From positions 1 to 62,291 of the IMG/VR virus record IMGVR_UViG_3300031718_000010: DNA of 62,291 bases; one strand, written 5' to 3'. The notes below the pieces were generated by a model, which ran no database searches, was not told the DNA's origin, and saw only the letters and a program-made list of their open reading frames with translations. Made by a program: the position numbers and the translations under genes. This DNA comes from a virus (Duplodnaviria > Caudoviricetes). Below are positions 38,898 to 48,990 of this stretch, piece by piece; position 1 is the first letter of the stretch, and every line of letters begins with the position of its first letter.

Positions 38898-38991
38898 CCT
38901 TTTTCCTCCTCGCACAAAGTTGCGCGTGATTCGCCCAGCGATTCACGTTTTTATACAGCCTTCCACATGTCGGACACTTAAGTACGGCCAT
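38881..38991 (-). CDS. 36-aa Zn-finger peptide (not in ORF track)
   Basis: SD GAGGTG; MAVLKCPTCG...H...C. Confidence 0.5.
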   Translation of the reverse strand: MAVLKCPTCGRLYKNVNRWANHAQLCARRKKDGKRD

Positions 38992-39083
38992 CGCTCACCT
39001 CGCTCCCGCCCGAAAAATTCCTGTTTAGCTCAACCCTTAAGCCCTTTTCCACTTGGCGCGCGCCAGCATTCATTTTGGAATTT

Positions 39084-39293
39084 TCAGGAGCTAATCTTAT
39101 CCTCAACCACAACAGGCAACATCCCAATATGATTAAACACCTGTTCATGTATATGTCCCGGTCCATATTCCCTTCCTGCCCCACAATTCCAACAATTAAA
39201 CGCTTGTGGAGCGGATTCCCCTGGGAATAGTTTAACTGTATCCTTGTTATCACACTTCTGACATTGATATTCAATATAGATAACAGCACTCAT
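39084..39293 (-). CDS. Zn-ribbon protein
   Basis: CQKC...CWNCG; SD GGAG. Confidence 0.65.
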   Translation of the reverse strand: MSAVIYIEYQCQKCDNKDTVKLFPGESAPQAFNCWNCGAGREYGPGHIHEQVFNHIGMLPVVVEDKISS

Positions 39294-39449
39294 TTTAGTT
39301 CTCCCTTTAATTTAATATACTATAGTAATTATAATGATTATAAATAACGTGTTATTTACTCGGATGCGATATCCCCCGAGGCTAAACCATTGCCATAAAT
39401 AGGAACGACAATGCTATCCGGTTCTTGGCTGCCATTAGCACCTCCTTAT

Positions 39450-40829
39450 CTATAGCCATTTGCTTACTGAAGGGTCTATCTTTACTCTACTACCCAGTAA
39501 AGCAGGGCTACCTACTATTCTCAAACCTTGTGGAGACTTACATCTAGATAGCGCAACATAACACATAGACGGGGCGGACATAAAATTCTGGTTTAGGTCA
39601 ACTTGTATCCTGTCAAGGGTAAGTCCTTGGGTTTTATGAACAGTAGATGCATAAGCCAACCTAAGAGGCATAAACGTCACACATCCAGTCACCCAAGCCC
39701 CTTCCCTTCCATGACTACTATCCCATCTAGGTTGACCAGCTTGATAGTCACCATATTTCTCCCTTAGGTCATCCTCACTTACGTCTGGATTAGCCATTAA
39801 TATCTCGTCAGGGGGTTCCTTTTGGGTTTCCTTACGTTGGATACGACCTATCTCAACCTCCTCTAGATTTCTAATTAATCTAATAGTCGCAACCTGCCTA
39901 ACGCTATCAAACTTAACAATATGCCCACAATCCCCATTACAATAACTAAACTCCCCTGTTGGACTGGTATCATTAGCTAATATCATAACTAATGCATTAT
40001 CCTTCAATTTCAATTCACCTGGGATATTATCCCAATCCTTAGGCATCCTCCTACCATTCATCATCCATCTATCAGATTTAATAATGTATGGAACTCCAGG
40101 AACCTTACTAAGGCATAGCCAGTTAAAATTGTCCACAGCATCATTTTTAGCAATAATAGTCGTACCGTTAAATCGTTGGTCGGTGACCTTGGTAAACTCA
40201 ACGCCAAGCTGCGCCAACAATGTAGCGCCCACCATGCCTCTGCCAGCCCTAATATGGTTAATAGCATCCAGAAATTTGGCGTCACTCTGCCTCCAGACTT
40301 TTGTTAGTTTCTCTGTGGCAGCGTCGAACAGACTCCAGCATTCGGCTTCAAAGGCCCACTTTGCCCGGATAGGAGGTAATTGCGCGAAGTCACCCGTGAG
40401 ATATAATCCAATAGGAGGCTTACCCATCTCAGCTAGGGATTCGTTAACTTGCTTAGTAGACTGATATATGATATCTAATTGTTCAGCAGCCATCATGGAG
40501 ACTTCATCTACGACAAGCCACTTATAACCATCCTTAGCTAGCTTTAATAGTCTCTGCTGCACCCATCCGTTCATAAATGCTTCAGAGAGACTAGCTGTAT
40601 CGAAATATTTAAGTAGGCTATTAATAGTGATAGCTCCTAGATTAATCGCGGCGATGCCTGTCGTGGCACAGAGTAAACCGTACTTAGAGTCATTAGCTAT
40701 AGCCTGTTTAACATTAAATGTTTTACCTGTTCCGGCGGCCCCACAGACATATTTAAGTGGGGTGACAATATCCCCTTTACCTCGTTCATAGAACTCCATA
40801 GCTTCTAGTTTATTCGTCATATATTTCAA
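39450..40829 (-). CDS. PIF1/RecD/Dda-like SF1B helicase
   Basis: GAAGTGKT, VVDEVSM, GDFAQLPP, LAYASTVHKTQG, YVALSR. Confidence 0.93.
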   Translation of the reverse strand: MKYMTNKLEAMEFYERGKGDIVTPLKYVCGAAGTGKTFNVKQAIANDSKYGLLCATTGIAAINLGAITINSLLKYFDTASLSEAFMNGWVQQRLLKLAKDGYKWLVVDEVSMMAAEQLDIIYQSTKQVNESLAEMGKPPIGLYLTGDFAQLPPIRAKWAFEAECWSLFDAATEKLTKVWRQSDAKFLDAINHIRAGRGMVGATLLAQLGVEFTKVTDQRFNGTTIIAKNDAVDNFNWLCLSKVPGVPYIIKSDRWMMNGRRMPKDWDNIPGELKLKDNALVMILANDTSPTGEFSYCNGDCGHIVKFDSVRQVATIRLIRNLEEVEIGRIQRKETQKEPPDEILMANPDVSEDDLREKYGDYQAGQPRWDSSHGREGAWVTGCVTFMPLRLAYASTVHKTQGLTLDRIQVDLNQNFMSAPSMCYVALSRCKSPQGLRIVGSPALLGSRVKIDPSVSKWL

Positions 40830-41013
40830 CTATCCTCATTATCGTTACTCTAACCTTTGGGGCTTTGGGACCCTTACTTTTATTAAGTGATGTTGCTGTT
40901 ATTTTAGCAGAAATACAAGCGCCTGTCAACTTGTTTATTGTTGGACCTAATAGATAGTGGCGTCCCTCACCATGAGAGATAACTTTTATATATTTCCCTT
41001 TCTCTAATATCAT
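40810..41013 (-). CDS. Small basic protein
   Basis: ATGA-coupled to the polymerase gene. Confidence 0.5.
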   Translation of the reverse strand: MILEKGKYIKVISHGEGRHYLLGPTINKLTGACISAKITATSLNKSKGPKAPKVRVTIMRIVEIYDE

Positions 41014-43667
41014 ATATTAACCTCATTCATCCCATTCTTATTATCATCATCCATAGGAGCTAGATTACTCCCAACCTTAATCTCAAATCCAATATCTAAT
41101 CCCCCAAGCTCAGCAATAGGCTTATTAAACTGCCTAGCCATACACTCAATAGCACTATCCACAAGATGATTGGGCGTCTCGAATACGAGTGAGTCGTAAG
41201 TTGGTAGACGCATAAGGTTGCCAATATTAGGGATAACAGACAAGGCAAGGATGTCCTCACGTTGAATAGCCGCTCCATCACTCTGCGGCCTAAACGCAAT
41301 AGCCCGTTTCGCATCCCCTTCATGGTCTACCTCCCATTTATTAGCTCGTTTATTCATCTTATATATAGGGCCATAGAAATAATGTCTATATTGAAAGCTA
41401 TTATCTAGATATTTCTTACCCCAGACTTCTTCTAATGTAGCTTTGTGATAACTTCTAATAGCCTGTCCAGCTGGGCTACCGAACAGGATATCCTGAACCT
41501 TCTGAGCACTATACTCAGTAGGGAAATACTCTTCATATTCGTCATGCATACCATAGGGTGACAATAGATATGACGAACCATGTACACACCGTTTCCATCC
41601 TTCATAGTCATCACCTCCTCTTTTCTTAAACTGTTTAAGTAACTTTTTAAGTTCAGGTAATGGGGTATCTCTAATAACAGCCCAAGGGACTTCATCCCCT
41701 AATACAATCGAACCAAGATAACTATGAACCCCAGCCTTAGCTAGTTTGATATATTCAGGACTCTTAGCCCAATAACCAACTAATACAGCCTCTAATCCAC
41801 TTCTATCTATCTCAATTAGCTTACATCCTTCTTCTGCGATGATAGTCCTACGAAATAAACGAGCTAAATCATTTCGTTTGGGGATATTACCAAGATTTAC
41901 ATTTCTACTTGAGCTTCTCCACGTTGAGGGATGGAACCCATACTGGCTGTGTGCTCTGTCATTCTCATCTAAAGGCCAATTATATGTTGATAAGAACTTT
42001 AATTTCTGCTTGTAAGAAACGCAATGACGAAATATGGGATGCTTAGTTAACCTTTTGAGATACTTAGCTTCAGTTGATTCTCTATCATCACCCCTCGCTT
42101 TTGGGATTTTAACCTTTAACTCCCTCATTAGGTCTAATAAGTCAGGCCTGCTATTAGGATTAAACGGTTTAGTCCTAATCCAAATAGGCCTCATTACTTG
42201 TCCACCAGCTATAACTAATGACCCATCCTTAGTCTTAGCAGGGGCCTCACCAGATACTGTCTTAGTAGCTTCAATATATATACGTTTGGATATAGGGGTA
42301 TTAGGGCCAGCTATGGACTTTTTAAGTGGCTTGAATGATTGCTCTATTTTAATTAATTTAGCTGGCAATAACTCTTGAACCTTATTAAACTCAACCTTAG
42401 CATCAGTTTCCATTGCAGCCATAAATGGAACCCTAGCTTCCTTATCAACCTTTACACCCGCAACACCCATATTTACATAAATAGGGTCAACCTTAACGCA
42501 ATGACTCCAAAACCTATCCCATCTACCATCCTTAATTAACTGTGCCTTGGTCCCTTCATATACTCCCATCTGTACGGCGTTATCCATTCCATTATAAAAC
42601 GCAGGACGTTGGCTATGTAGATGCTTCCACGGTTTACCAGAATAGAAGAACGGGGCTGCGAAGTTGAGGGCTTTTGGTAGGTCTGAGTATAACCAGTGCC
42701 ACGCCCACATAGCGTCAACAATCTGAACATCCGGGTGTAACTCGAACCCATTACTCTTGAGCCTAGGTAAGTCGTAGTTTTTATTCCAGAAGGAGATAAC
42801 TCTAGCTTTACGGATAAGCTCTTTAGCTCGTCGGATGTAATCCCCATCAAACGGGAAAGATACGCCTTCCCACTGTCTGATAGAGAATCCCATACGTAGT
42901 ATTTGATAAGATGGGTCATCCTCACTTTCCTCCTCGTTCTTCCCTTGTAATGACCTAGGAGTTTCAATATCACACATTAGAAAGGGGATATCCCCTCTAC
43001 CTGGGAAGTTGATATAAGCTGGAGGGGGGTCCTCTATTATCTTAGTCTCAGTTGGCTTATATGAGCCATTAGCTATCTCAACAGCCCTAGCTAGAGAGAG
43101 GATGAAAGCAATAGTATACTTCCAATTCCCTTGTATTATAGATGACGGATGGAAGGTAGGGACCGCAGGTATTCCCTCGTAAACCGATGGGATGACATAG
43201 GCGTGATTGCCTTCAATTCCCTCGAAACCTGTGAGCCTCCGTAGGGCCACGTTTCCAAGCGCAATAAACACCTTAGGCACACGTTTGGCGACAAGGTTAT
43301 CCAGGTACGGCTTACACTGTTTCTGTGCATATTCGGCTTCTGGATATTTCCAAGGCTCATCATTCATCCCTAGTGCTGGAGGAGAGCACCAATAGCTATT
43401 AGTAACAGTAAACTCCTCCCTTGTCAATCCTCTTTTAGATAATATAGTATCAAGCCATCTGCCACTAGCACCACTAAAATTGCGATTAGCCAATATCTCC
43501 TCTTTCCAAGGAGAATCCCCAACGATACATATACCATTAGAGCCGCTACCATCAGGCTCAATCCTACGCCCACCAGTATGTTGGTAATGGCATTTATCAC
43601 AATAAGGCCCTTGGACTAGGGGATTACCTTGATTAAAGATAGGTAATTCAACTTTAACTTTAGCCAT
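41010..43667 (-). CDS. polA: Family A DNA polymerase with N-terminal family-4 UDG-like domain and 3'-5' exonuclease
   Basis: IVGDSP..FSGASG..FHPS (UDG); DIET, NKNYD, YNGMD (exo); NLGNIP, IDRSGLE, KRCVHGSSY, PQSDGA, TYDSL (pol). Confidence 0.93.
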   Translation of the reverse strand: MAKVKVELPIFNQGNPLVQGPYCDKCHYQHTGGRRIEPDGSGSNGICIVGDSPWKEEILANRNFSGASGRWLDTILSKRGLTREEFTVTNSYWCSPPALGMNDEPWKYPEAEYAQKQCKPYLDNLVAKRVPKVFIALGNVALRRLTGFEGIEGNHAYVIPSVYEGIPAVPTFHPSSIIQGNWKYTIAFILSLARAVEIANGSYKPTETKIIEDPPPAYINFPGRGDIPFLMCDIETPRSLQGKNEEESEDDPSYQILRMGFSIRQWEGVSFPFDGDYIRRAKELIRKARVISFWNKNYDLPRLKSNGFELHPDVQIVDAMWAWHWLYSDLPKALNFAAPFFYSGKPWKHLHSQRPAFYNGMDNAVQMGVYEGTKAQLIKDGRWDRFWSHCVKVDPIYVNMGVAGVKVDKEARVPFMAAMETDAKVEFNKVQELLPAKLIKIEQSFKPLKKSIAGPNTPISKRIYIEATKTVSGEAPAKTKDGSLVIAGGQVMRPIWIRTKPFNPNSRPDLLDLMRELKVKIPKARGDDRESTEAKYLKRLTKHPIFRHCVSYKQKLKFLSTYNWPLDENDRAHSQYGFHPSTWRSSSRNVNLGNIPKRNDLARLFRRTIIAEEGCKLIEIDRSGLEAVLVGYWAKSPEYIKLAKAGVHSYLGSIVLGDEVPWAVIRDTPLPELKKLLKQFKKRGGDDYEGWKRCVHGSSYLLSPYGMHDEYEEYFPTEYSAQKVQDILFGSPAGQAIRSYHKATLEEVWGKKYLDNSFQYRHYFYGPIYKMNKRANKWEVDHEGDAKRAIAFRPQSDGAAIQREDILALSVIPNIGNLMRLPTYDSLVFETPNHLVDSAIECMARQFNKPIAELGGLDIGFEIKVGSNLAPMDDDNKNGMNEVNI

Positions 43668-43690
43668 TAGTTATCCTAATAGATAAAATA

Positions 43691-43719
43691 AAAGGGGCTG
43701 GCATGAGCGACCAACCCCT
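43691..43719 (-). terminator. Rho-independent terminator
   Basis: AGGGGTTGG/CCAGCCCCT stem followed by a T run on the - strand. Confidence 0.6.
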
Positions 43720-43757
43720 CTCCTACAACCTAATCATTCCCCCAACCTGCAAAATGA

Positions 43758-44057
43758 TTAAGCCGAGATTGCTCTAGGTCTACCTGGACCACGATGCTCA
43801 GTAGCCTCAGTAGGCTGAGAAACAGGCTCATTGGCTACAGCTGTTGCTACAGCTTCACCTGCTTGGGTACCCTCAGTCTTAGGCTTCCTAGCTTTACGTG
43901 CCTTAGATAACCGTTCACCAATTTCCTGTCGCTTTTCGATTCGTGCGTTCAACCTACTAGTCACAAGCTGATGAGTGAGATTAGCAAGGTCAATATCCGC
44001 ATCCTCGAAAAACTCAATTACATCTTCATAATTTACTTTTGTCTTAGCCACTTTCAT
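43758..44057 (-). CDS. Small basic protein with an AT-hook-like RGPGRP tail; has its own promoter and terminator
   Basis: TTGACA-17-TAAGAT at 44114-44086; SD AAGGAG. Confidence 0.7.
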   Translation of the reverse strand: MKVAKTKVNYEDVIEFFEDADIDLANLTHQLVTSRLNARIEKRQEIGERLSKARKARKPKTEGTQAGEAVATAVANEPVSQPTEATEHRGPGRPRAISA

Positions 44058-44175
44058 TCTCCTTATCCCATGTTGGGATTGTTATATCTTAGCCCCTTAT
44101 TGATGACGTGTCAAATGGGAAAGGGATGGCCGGGTTACGAACCCGTTGCTCCCATGTCAGCACCATCCCATAGAA

Positions 44176-44829
44176 CTATCCCGCAGCTGCTTCCGTAGCC
44201 TGAGCAGGCATATGTACCCTAACCACCTCAGCATATCCATATGCCTTCTCCCCTGTTTGAGGGTTAACAGCCATTAGTTCAGGATTCCCTTGTGCATCCC
44301 GAGGCCAAGGTAATTCACCCTTTTTCTTCTTAGGGGCTGTTGATACCGTTGTGCTAGTTGACTTGAAAAAGGCCCTCCAGACAACCTCAGCTTCATCAAT
44401 TATCCCCTTACCATCTAGTTGAACTAAGGTTGACTCTAGCTGAGTCCTAAGGTCAATCCCACTAACCCCCATAGCTCTAAGTAATTCACCTAAGCTATGT
44501 AATTGCATACTAGGGTGTAGATAGGTGCTAACCTTCTGTGGTCCTAGCTGAATCTGCTCCCCTGATTCAGGTACAGCAATAGGCCTACCTTGAGCATCAG
44601 CGATAACCTTAGGCTGATAGTGAACCTCTAGAATCTTACGCTTAGGTTGACCTTTAACTACTTCACGTTCCTCAACACTAAACCAACTGTCTTTGTCCTC
44701 AACCATGCAGAAAAGAAGTTTGTAGGTTCCGGGGTATATTGGAGGAGGCGTCTTTCCAGACTCCGGGGCATCCCAGTCAATTTGGGGAAACGCATCCTCT
44801 GTTAATCCTAAACTTGCCAAGTCGGGCAT
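44176..44829 (-). CDS. Putative single-stranded DNA-binding protein
   Basis: PPIYPGTY start of an OB-type fold; lies beside the Sak4-like ATPase and nuclease. Confidence 0.55.
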   Translation of the reverse strand: MPDLASLGLTEDAFPQIDWDAPESGKTPPPIYPGTYKLLFCMVEDKDSWFSVEEREVVKGQPKRKILEVHYQPKVIADAQGRPIAVPESGEQIQLGPQKVSTYLHPSMQLHSLGELLRAMGVSGIDLRTQLESTLVQLDGKGIIDEAEVVWRAFFKSTSTTVSTAPKKKKGELPWPRDAQGNPELMAVNPQTGEKAYGYAEVVRVHMPAQATEAAAG

Positions 44830-44842
44830 AATCTGTTCTCCT

Positions 44843-45310
44843 TTATAAGTTATCAAAAGTCTTAACTATCTTTCTACAGCGTTCTACAAACTCATCTAAT
44901 GACATATCTGACTTCATATAGTTACAGTCTCCACAACAAGATAGCAGGTTGTCTACCGTGTAACCCTTAGAGCTATCTATCCTATCCAGGCCTATAGTTT
45001 TTATGGATTCTCCGCAATAGGCACATGGCCAGCCCCAAAAAGACTTAAACTGCTCTAAAGTTAAGTCAAAGTAAATATGACGTGCCTTAGCTTGAGCCTT
45101 TAATGTAGAAAATCTATAGCCTTCTGTTCCGTAGCGAACTTTCTCCAGTTTAGAAACACATAATTTGCACCATCCATTGTATCCACCTTTGATACTCTTA
45201 TTCTTCGCAAATTCACTAAAGGACTTAGGAGTTTGGCATTTAGGGCACCACTTTAATCCCTTACTTCTAATATCCTTATTACTATAATTAAATCTTTTTA
45301 GTCGTGTCAT
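44843..45310 (-). CDS. HNH endonuclease
   Basis: KWCPKC..CKLC; CAYCG..GLDRIDSSKGY..DN...CC..CN.MK. Confidence 0.85.
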   Translation of the reverse strand: MTRLKRFNYSNKDIRSKGLKWCPKCQTPKSFSEFAKNKSIKGGYNGWCKLCVSKLEKVRYGTEGYRFSTLKAQAKARHIYFDLTLEQFKSFWGWPCAYCGESIKTIGLDRIDSSKGYTVDNLLSCCGDCNYMKSDMSLDEFVERCRKIVKTFDNL

Positions 45311-45518
45311 GCTTTGGTTCACTAATAACAGCTTCTATCGTCACAACATGTAATCCATGTACCCTAGTTGCATACATAGCTGCATTTATAACTTGTTCCC
45401 TAGTTAGATATGTTTGTCTGTCCCCAGGGGTATCAGTCATAATAGTTGTTACTTTCCATGTTCTAGGTGGAGCTATAGACTTAGCTATAGGGTCCATATC
45501 TTTAGTTAGCACTTTCAT
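45288..45518 (-). CDS. Hypothetical protein
   Basis: SD AAGGA. Confidence 0.55.
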   Translation of the reverse strand: MKVLTKDMDPIAKSIAPPRTWKVTTIMTDTPGDRQTYLTREQVINAAMYATRVHGLHVVTIEAVISEPKHDTTKKI

Positions 45519-45777
45519 AGTCCTTAATTACCCTATTGAAACAGGATATATAATCCGCTATATCTGGATTACGTTTAACCCTATCCTGCATACCATAGGT
45601 TAGTTGTTTAGCTGCCTTGGCTAATAGGATAATTAACTCCTCCCTAGTTAACTTATGATTATCCATCCTATTTTTTCCTTCTCCAAGCCTCTATTATACC
45701 TTGAATAGGAGAGAAGAAGCCTTCAATTAATAAGACCATAATCAATCCACCTACTATAGCCTCAACTATATCCTTAT

Positions 45778-47292
45778 TCATTTTTTACCTACTGGCTGGA
45801 TAGATACAGGTCCAACTGGCTTTTTAGGTAAACTAAGGCTAGAAGGTAATGAAGAGGCTGCTCCCTTCCCAGTTACAGCCCCTCCTTCTATACCTGCGCC
45901 ATTAGGGAGTTGAGTCGCTCCATTAGTTCCAGGTTGACCAGGAACCTTGGTAGTATTAACAACTCCCGTTGTAGCAGGGACGGAAATTATTGGCTTAAGT
46001 AACTTAGCTGCTTTGGCTCGCTTCTCCATATTCTCAACTTCAGCCTTCTTAGCAGCTATGGCTCGTTCCATTAATCTTTCCTTAAGGCCTGATATCTCAT
46101 TTAGCTTACTAACTGATTGAGTCTCCTGCTTAGCATATAAACTATCCAATAATCTATAAGCATCAGCTACCGAACCTGACTGTAGATAATTAGGGACTTC
46201 AGATACATAAGCCTTAGGTGCCCTAATCTTACAGGGAAAGGGAATCATAGTTAACGGGTCAATATGGGTCTTGATAAATAGAACGTGCTTAGCTTCAGTT
46301 AATAATTGACCTGTAGCAACATCCTTCTTACTTTCCCCTGCTATAATATCCATATGAAATACATTAAGGAACCATCCTCCAGCCTTACCTGTTGCCTTCT
46401 TCCCACCAATCATAGGGCCATATACCTTAGACCCACCTTGGTCGTCACCTTTTGATTCCTGTCCAGTCCATAAGACTTTCTCATATTTCAATAGGTGAGA
46501 TATAGCTACCTCACGTTGGAGGTTATCTTGCATAAAGCCATAATAGGACATATTACCACCGCTGAAATCAACTCCATCTTGGGTCCAAGTATAGCTAGGG
46601 TCTTGGCTAAGGCTAGCCTTCTCCTCCTTAAGATTAGCTAACATCATATCACCAAAGCTAGTTAATCCTTCAAACGCCCCAAATCCGTAGACCTCCCATG
46701 TTCCTGCATCTGGAGGAACCAAGGGGGATTCGGGGTCATCCAATCGTAGAGGCCAGTAGCCTCTGACAGCTTTATGTAAAGCAGCAACAGGATACTTCCA
46801 AGCACCGATAGCCCAGTATTCGATTTGTCCGGCTTTAACCAATCCTCCAAGGGGGCCGAATCCTCCTCCGTCAGCCGACACCATACGTGTAAGTTTACCC
46901 CAACGCTGAAGGACATAATCACTAACCTCACCTATGTTAACTGTCTTACCCGAACCAGTGGCCCCATAGATTAAATCAGCCTTAGGTTCAATAAAGCTAG
47001 CAGGCTCTAATTCCCCTATAACCTTAACAATAGAAGGGGATGGACTACCTACCAAGGCTGCCGTCGCATCCCCCTTGGCTTCCACAGCCGCGCTATCCTG
47101 CCCCACAGCCTCCTGAGCAGGAATATCAATAGGCTTATCAATAGCATCAAACATATTAGGTTCGCTCATTTTAATTTTCCAATAACCCCTTTTATATGCT
47201 TCCTTGGCTTGTTTGCTATGACTACGAACATGATAAGCAAGTATAGTAAGACTAGAACTAGAATTATCTCCACAAAGAAGGCATCTATACAT
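45778..47292 (-). CDS. Sak4/RecA-like ATPase (second start possible at 47169)
   Basis: LIYGATGSGKT; in-frame N-terminal C2H2-like finger. Confidence 0.75.
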   Translation of the reverse strand: MYRCLLCGDNSSSSLTILAYHVRSHSKQAKEAYKRGYWKIKMSEPNMFDAIDKPIDIPAQEAVGQDSAAVEAKGDATAALVGSPSPSIVKVIGELEPASFIEPKADLIYGATGSGKTVNIGEVSDYVLQRWGKLTRMVSADGGGFGPLGGLVKAGQIEYWAIGAWKYPVAALHKAVRGYWPLRLDDPESPLVPPDAGTWEVYGFGAFEGLTSFGDMMLANLKEEKASLSQDPSYTWTQDGVDFSGGNMSYYGFMQDNLQREVAISHLLKYEKVLWTGQESKGDDQGGSKVYGPMIGGKKATGKAGGWFLNVFHMDIIAGESKKDVATGQLLTEAKHVLFIKTHIDPLTMIPFPCKIRAPKAYVSEVPNYLQSGSVADAYRLLDSLYAKQETQSVSKLNEISGLKERLMERAIAAKKAEVENMEKRAKAAKLLKPIISVPATTGVVNTTKVPGQPGTNGATQLPNGAGIEGGAVTGKGAASSLPSSLSLPKKPVGPVSIQPVGKK

Positions 47293-47299
47293 CCCAAGA

Positions 47300-47545
47300 T
47301 TAATTAGCCCCCGGCCCAGGTGGAATAGGTATAGGTTGCCTACTAGCTGGCCTAGTCTCGTTTTCTTCCTCCCATTGAATCACTCCACTTCTAATACTAC
47401 AACCATCCCCTATATCCTTTAACCCTTGAATTGGAATACGAGATGCTTCCATTGTCCTACGAATCCAAGTTTCAGTCCCATGATACTCAAGGACGCGGAC
47501 AACCGACACTAGGGCCTCACCCTTAGAATTAACTTTATCAGCCAT
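47300..47545 (-). CDS. Hypothetical protein
   Basis: SD GGGG; promoter TTGCAT-17-TATAGT at 47593-47565. Confidence 0.65.
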   Translation of the reverse strand: MADKVNSKGEALVSVVRVLEYHGTETWIRRTMEASRIPIQGLKDIGDGCSIRSGVIQWEEENETRPASRQPIPIPPGPGAN

Positions 47546-47603
47546 TTAATCCCCTGTCATTTTCACTATAACAAATTTTATAACGAAATGCAAGTGTTTT
47601 CTA

Positions 47604-47975
47604 TCAATCCTTAACATCCCGTTGCATATTATCCGCGAATCCAGCCGCCTCAGCCGCCAGCATAGCTGACCTTTCATCTAATAATCTATCCCTAAAGTTA
47701 GACAATAAGGCCCAATGGGTTTCACTTAATAGTTTAATTGTTGCCCTTTCACTTTCTACTATTCCTCTTGTTATAGCACTATTAGCAGCCGCCCCAGGGC
47801 TAGTACCCTTACATATCACAACCCCTATGAAATTATCCTCAGGGTCTCTGAAGCTGCACCAGAACGGAAAGGTTTCTTTCGGCTTTATATCTTTCCTTTC
47901 TGGCAACATAACAGGCTTTACAGATTCTTTTTCCGGTTGAGGGAATAGTAATGATGTTACCTTCTTCCAAAGCAT
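47604..47975 (-). CDS. Hypothetical protein (ATG 47975)
   Basis: SD GGAGG; overlaps the end of the HNH gene. Confidence 0.55.
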   Translation of the reverse strand: MLWKKVTSLLFPQPEKESVKPVMLPERKDIKPKETFPFWCSFRDPEDNFIGVVICKGTSPGAAANSAITRGIVESERATIKLLSETHWALLSNFRDRLLDERSAMLAAEAAGFADNMQRDVKD

Positions 47976-48321
47976 GACCCCTCCAACAATGAGATTGCAA
48001 TCTTCTAGGCCTTCTATTATTAGCCTGTTCCTTAGGTGTAGCCCATTTACAATTATTAGGTTCGTAATTACCATTATTATCGTTGCGTTCTAATCTCGTT
48101 CCTTCAGGACGTTCTCCCATATCAGCCAAGAAGTTACGAAAACTATTCCAACGTTCACATATAGTTATCCCTCGTCCCCCGTAATAGTTATATGTTTCGT
48201 GTTTAGCATACCTAACTCTACGATGCATAGCTCTCCAAGAGTTAAATGTTGGAGTTCCTTTACGCCTCCCGCAAGGAAGAAATATCTCAAGGTACTTGTC
48301 AGGCTTTCTTATCCTGCTCAT
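47839..48321 (-). CDS. HNH homing endonuclease
   Basis: SWRAM..R..YGGRGITICERW..F..FLADMG.RP...NGNYEP.NC.WAT..EQANN; C-terminal HC.RGH..CKAC. Confidence 0.9.
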   Translation of the reverse strand: MSRIRKPDKYLEIFLPCGRRKGTPTFNSWRAMHRRVRYAKHETYNYYGGRGITICERWNSFRNFLADMGERPEGTRLERNDNNGNYEPNNCKWATPKEQANNRRPRRLQSHCWRGHALEEGNIITIPSTGKRICKACYVARKERYKAERNLSVLVQLQRP

Positions 48322-48329
48322 TTTTCCTC

Positions 48330-48935
48330 TTAACTTGGCTTGATTGGTAACTTCCTAATTGGCTTTGATTCTTGGGCAACTTGCCTAACTGGTCCACCTG
48401 CTGGGACTCTAACCCTATTGGGATTTGGTCTAGAGACAAGTTTGAATGAGCCTTGGGTCCCTGCTGGCTGTTCCACCACTGTTTGATTCTCTCTTGGACC
48501 TTGTTCAGTTTGAACACCTAACTCCTCCTGTAGTTTAGCTAATACAGTCCTACCATAATCTACCTCAGGTTCAATAGAAGGGACATTTATAACCTTAGGT
48601 AATTCAACTGGCTTATCAGTAGGCTTAGCGTCAGCTGGAGCACCACAACTAAAACAAAATCTATCGGTAGGCTCTCTTCCAATCCCACAAATGTTACATG
48701 CCAAACTTGAGAGCCTTGCTCCGTCTATACGACAGAAAGTTTCTATAAAGGGACGTTTGGCTCCACAAACAGGGCAACTTTTTTCAGGTCCAGCTTCTAT
48801 CTGTTCTTGTTGTACTACTTGAGGCTTATGGCAAGAGCAGTTACAGCGTGGATTATGGCAATCTGGGTGGTCGTTCATTAAGCAGGTTTCGCTTACCCCG
48901 CCTGGAACTCCAGGTTTATCAAGCGATGGAGGCAT
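48330..48935 (-). CDS. Double-zinc-ribbon protein
   Basis: CPVCG..FCRIDG..CNICG..FCFSCG. Confidence 0.75.
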   Translation of the reverse strand: MPPSLDKPGVPGGVSETCLMNDHPDCHNPRCNCSCHKPQVVQQEQIEAGPEKSCPVCGAKRPFIETFCRIDGARLSSLACNICGIGREPTDRFCFSCGAPADAKPTDKPVELPKVINVPSIEPEVDYGRTVLAKLQEELGVQTEQGPRENQTVVEQPAGTQGSFKLVSRPNPNRVRVPAGGPVRQVAQESKPIRKLPIKPS

Positions 48936-48990
48936 TTCGCATCCCTATTGTTCTTCCTTTAGAATCTCTAATTACCTTTATATCATACAT

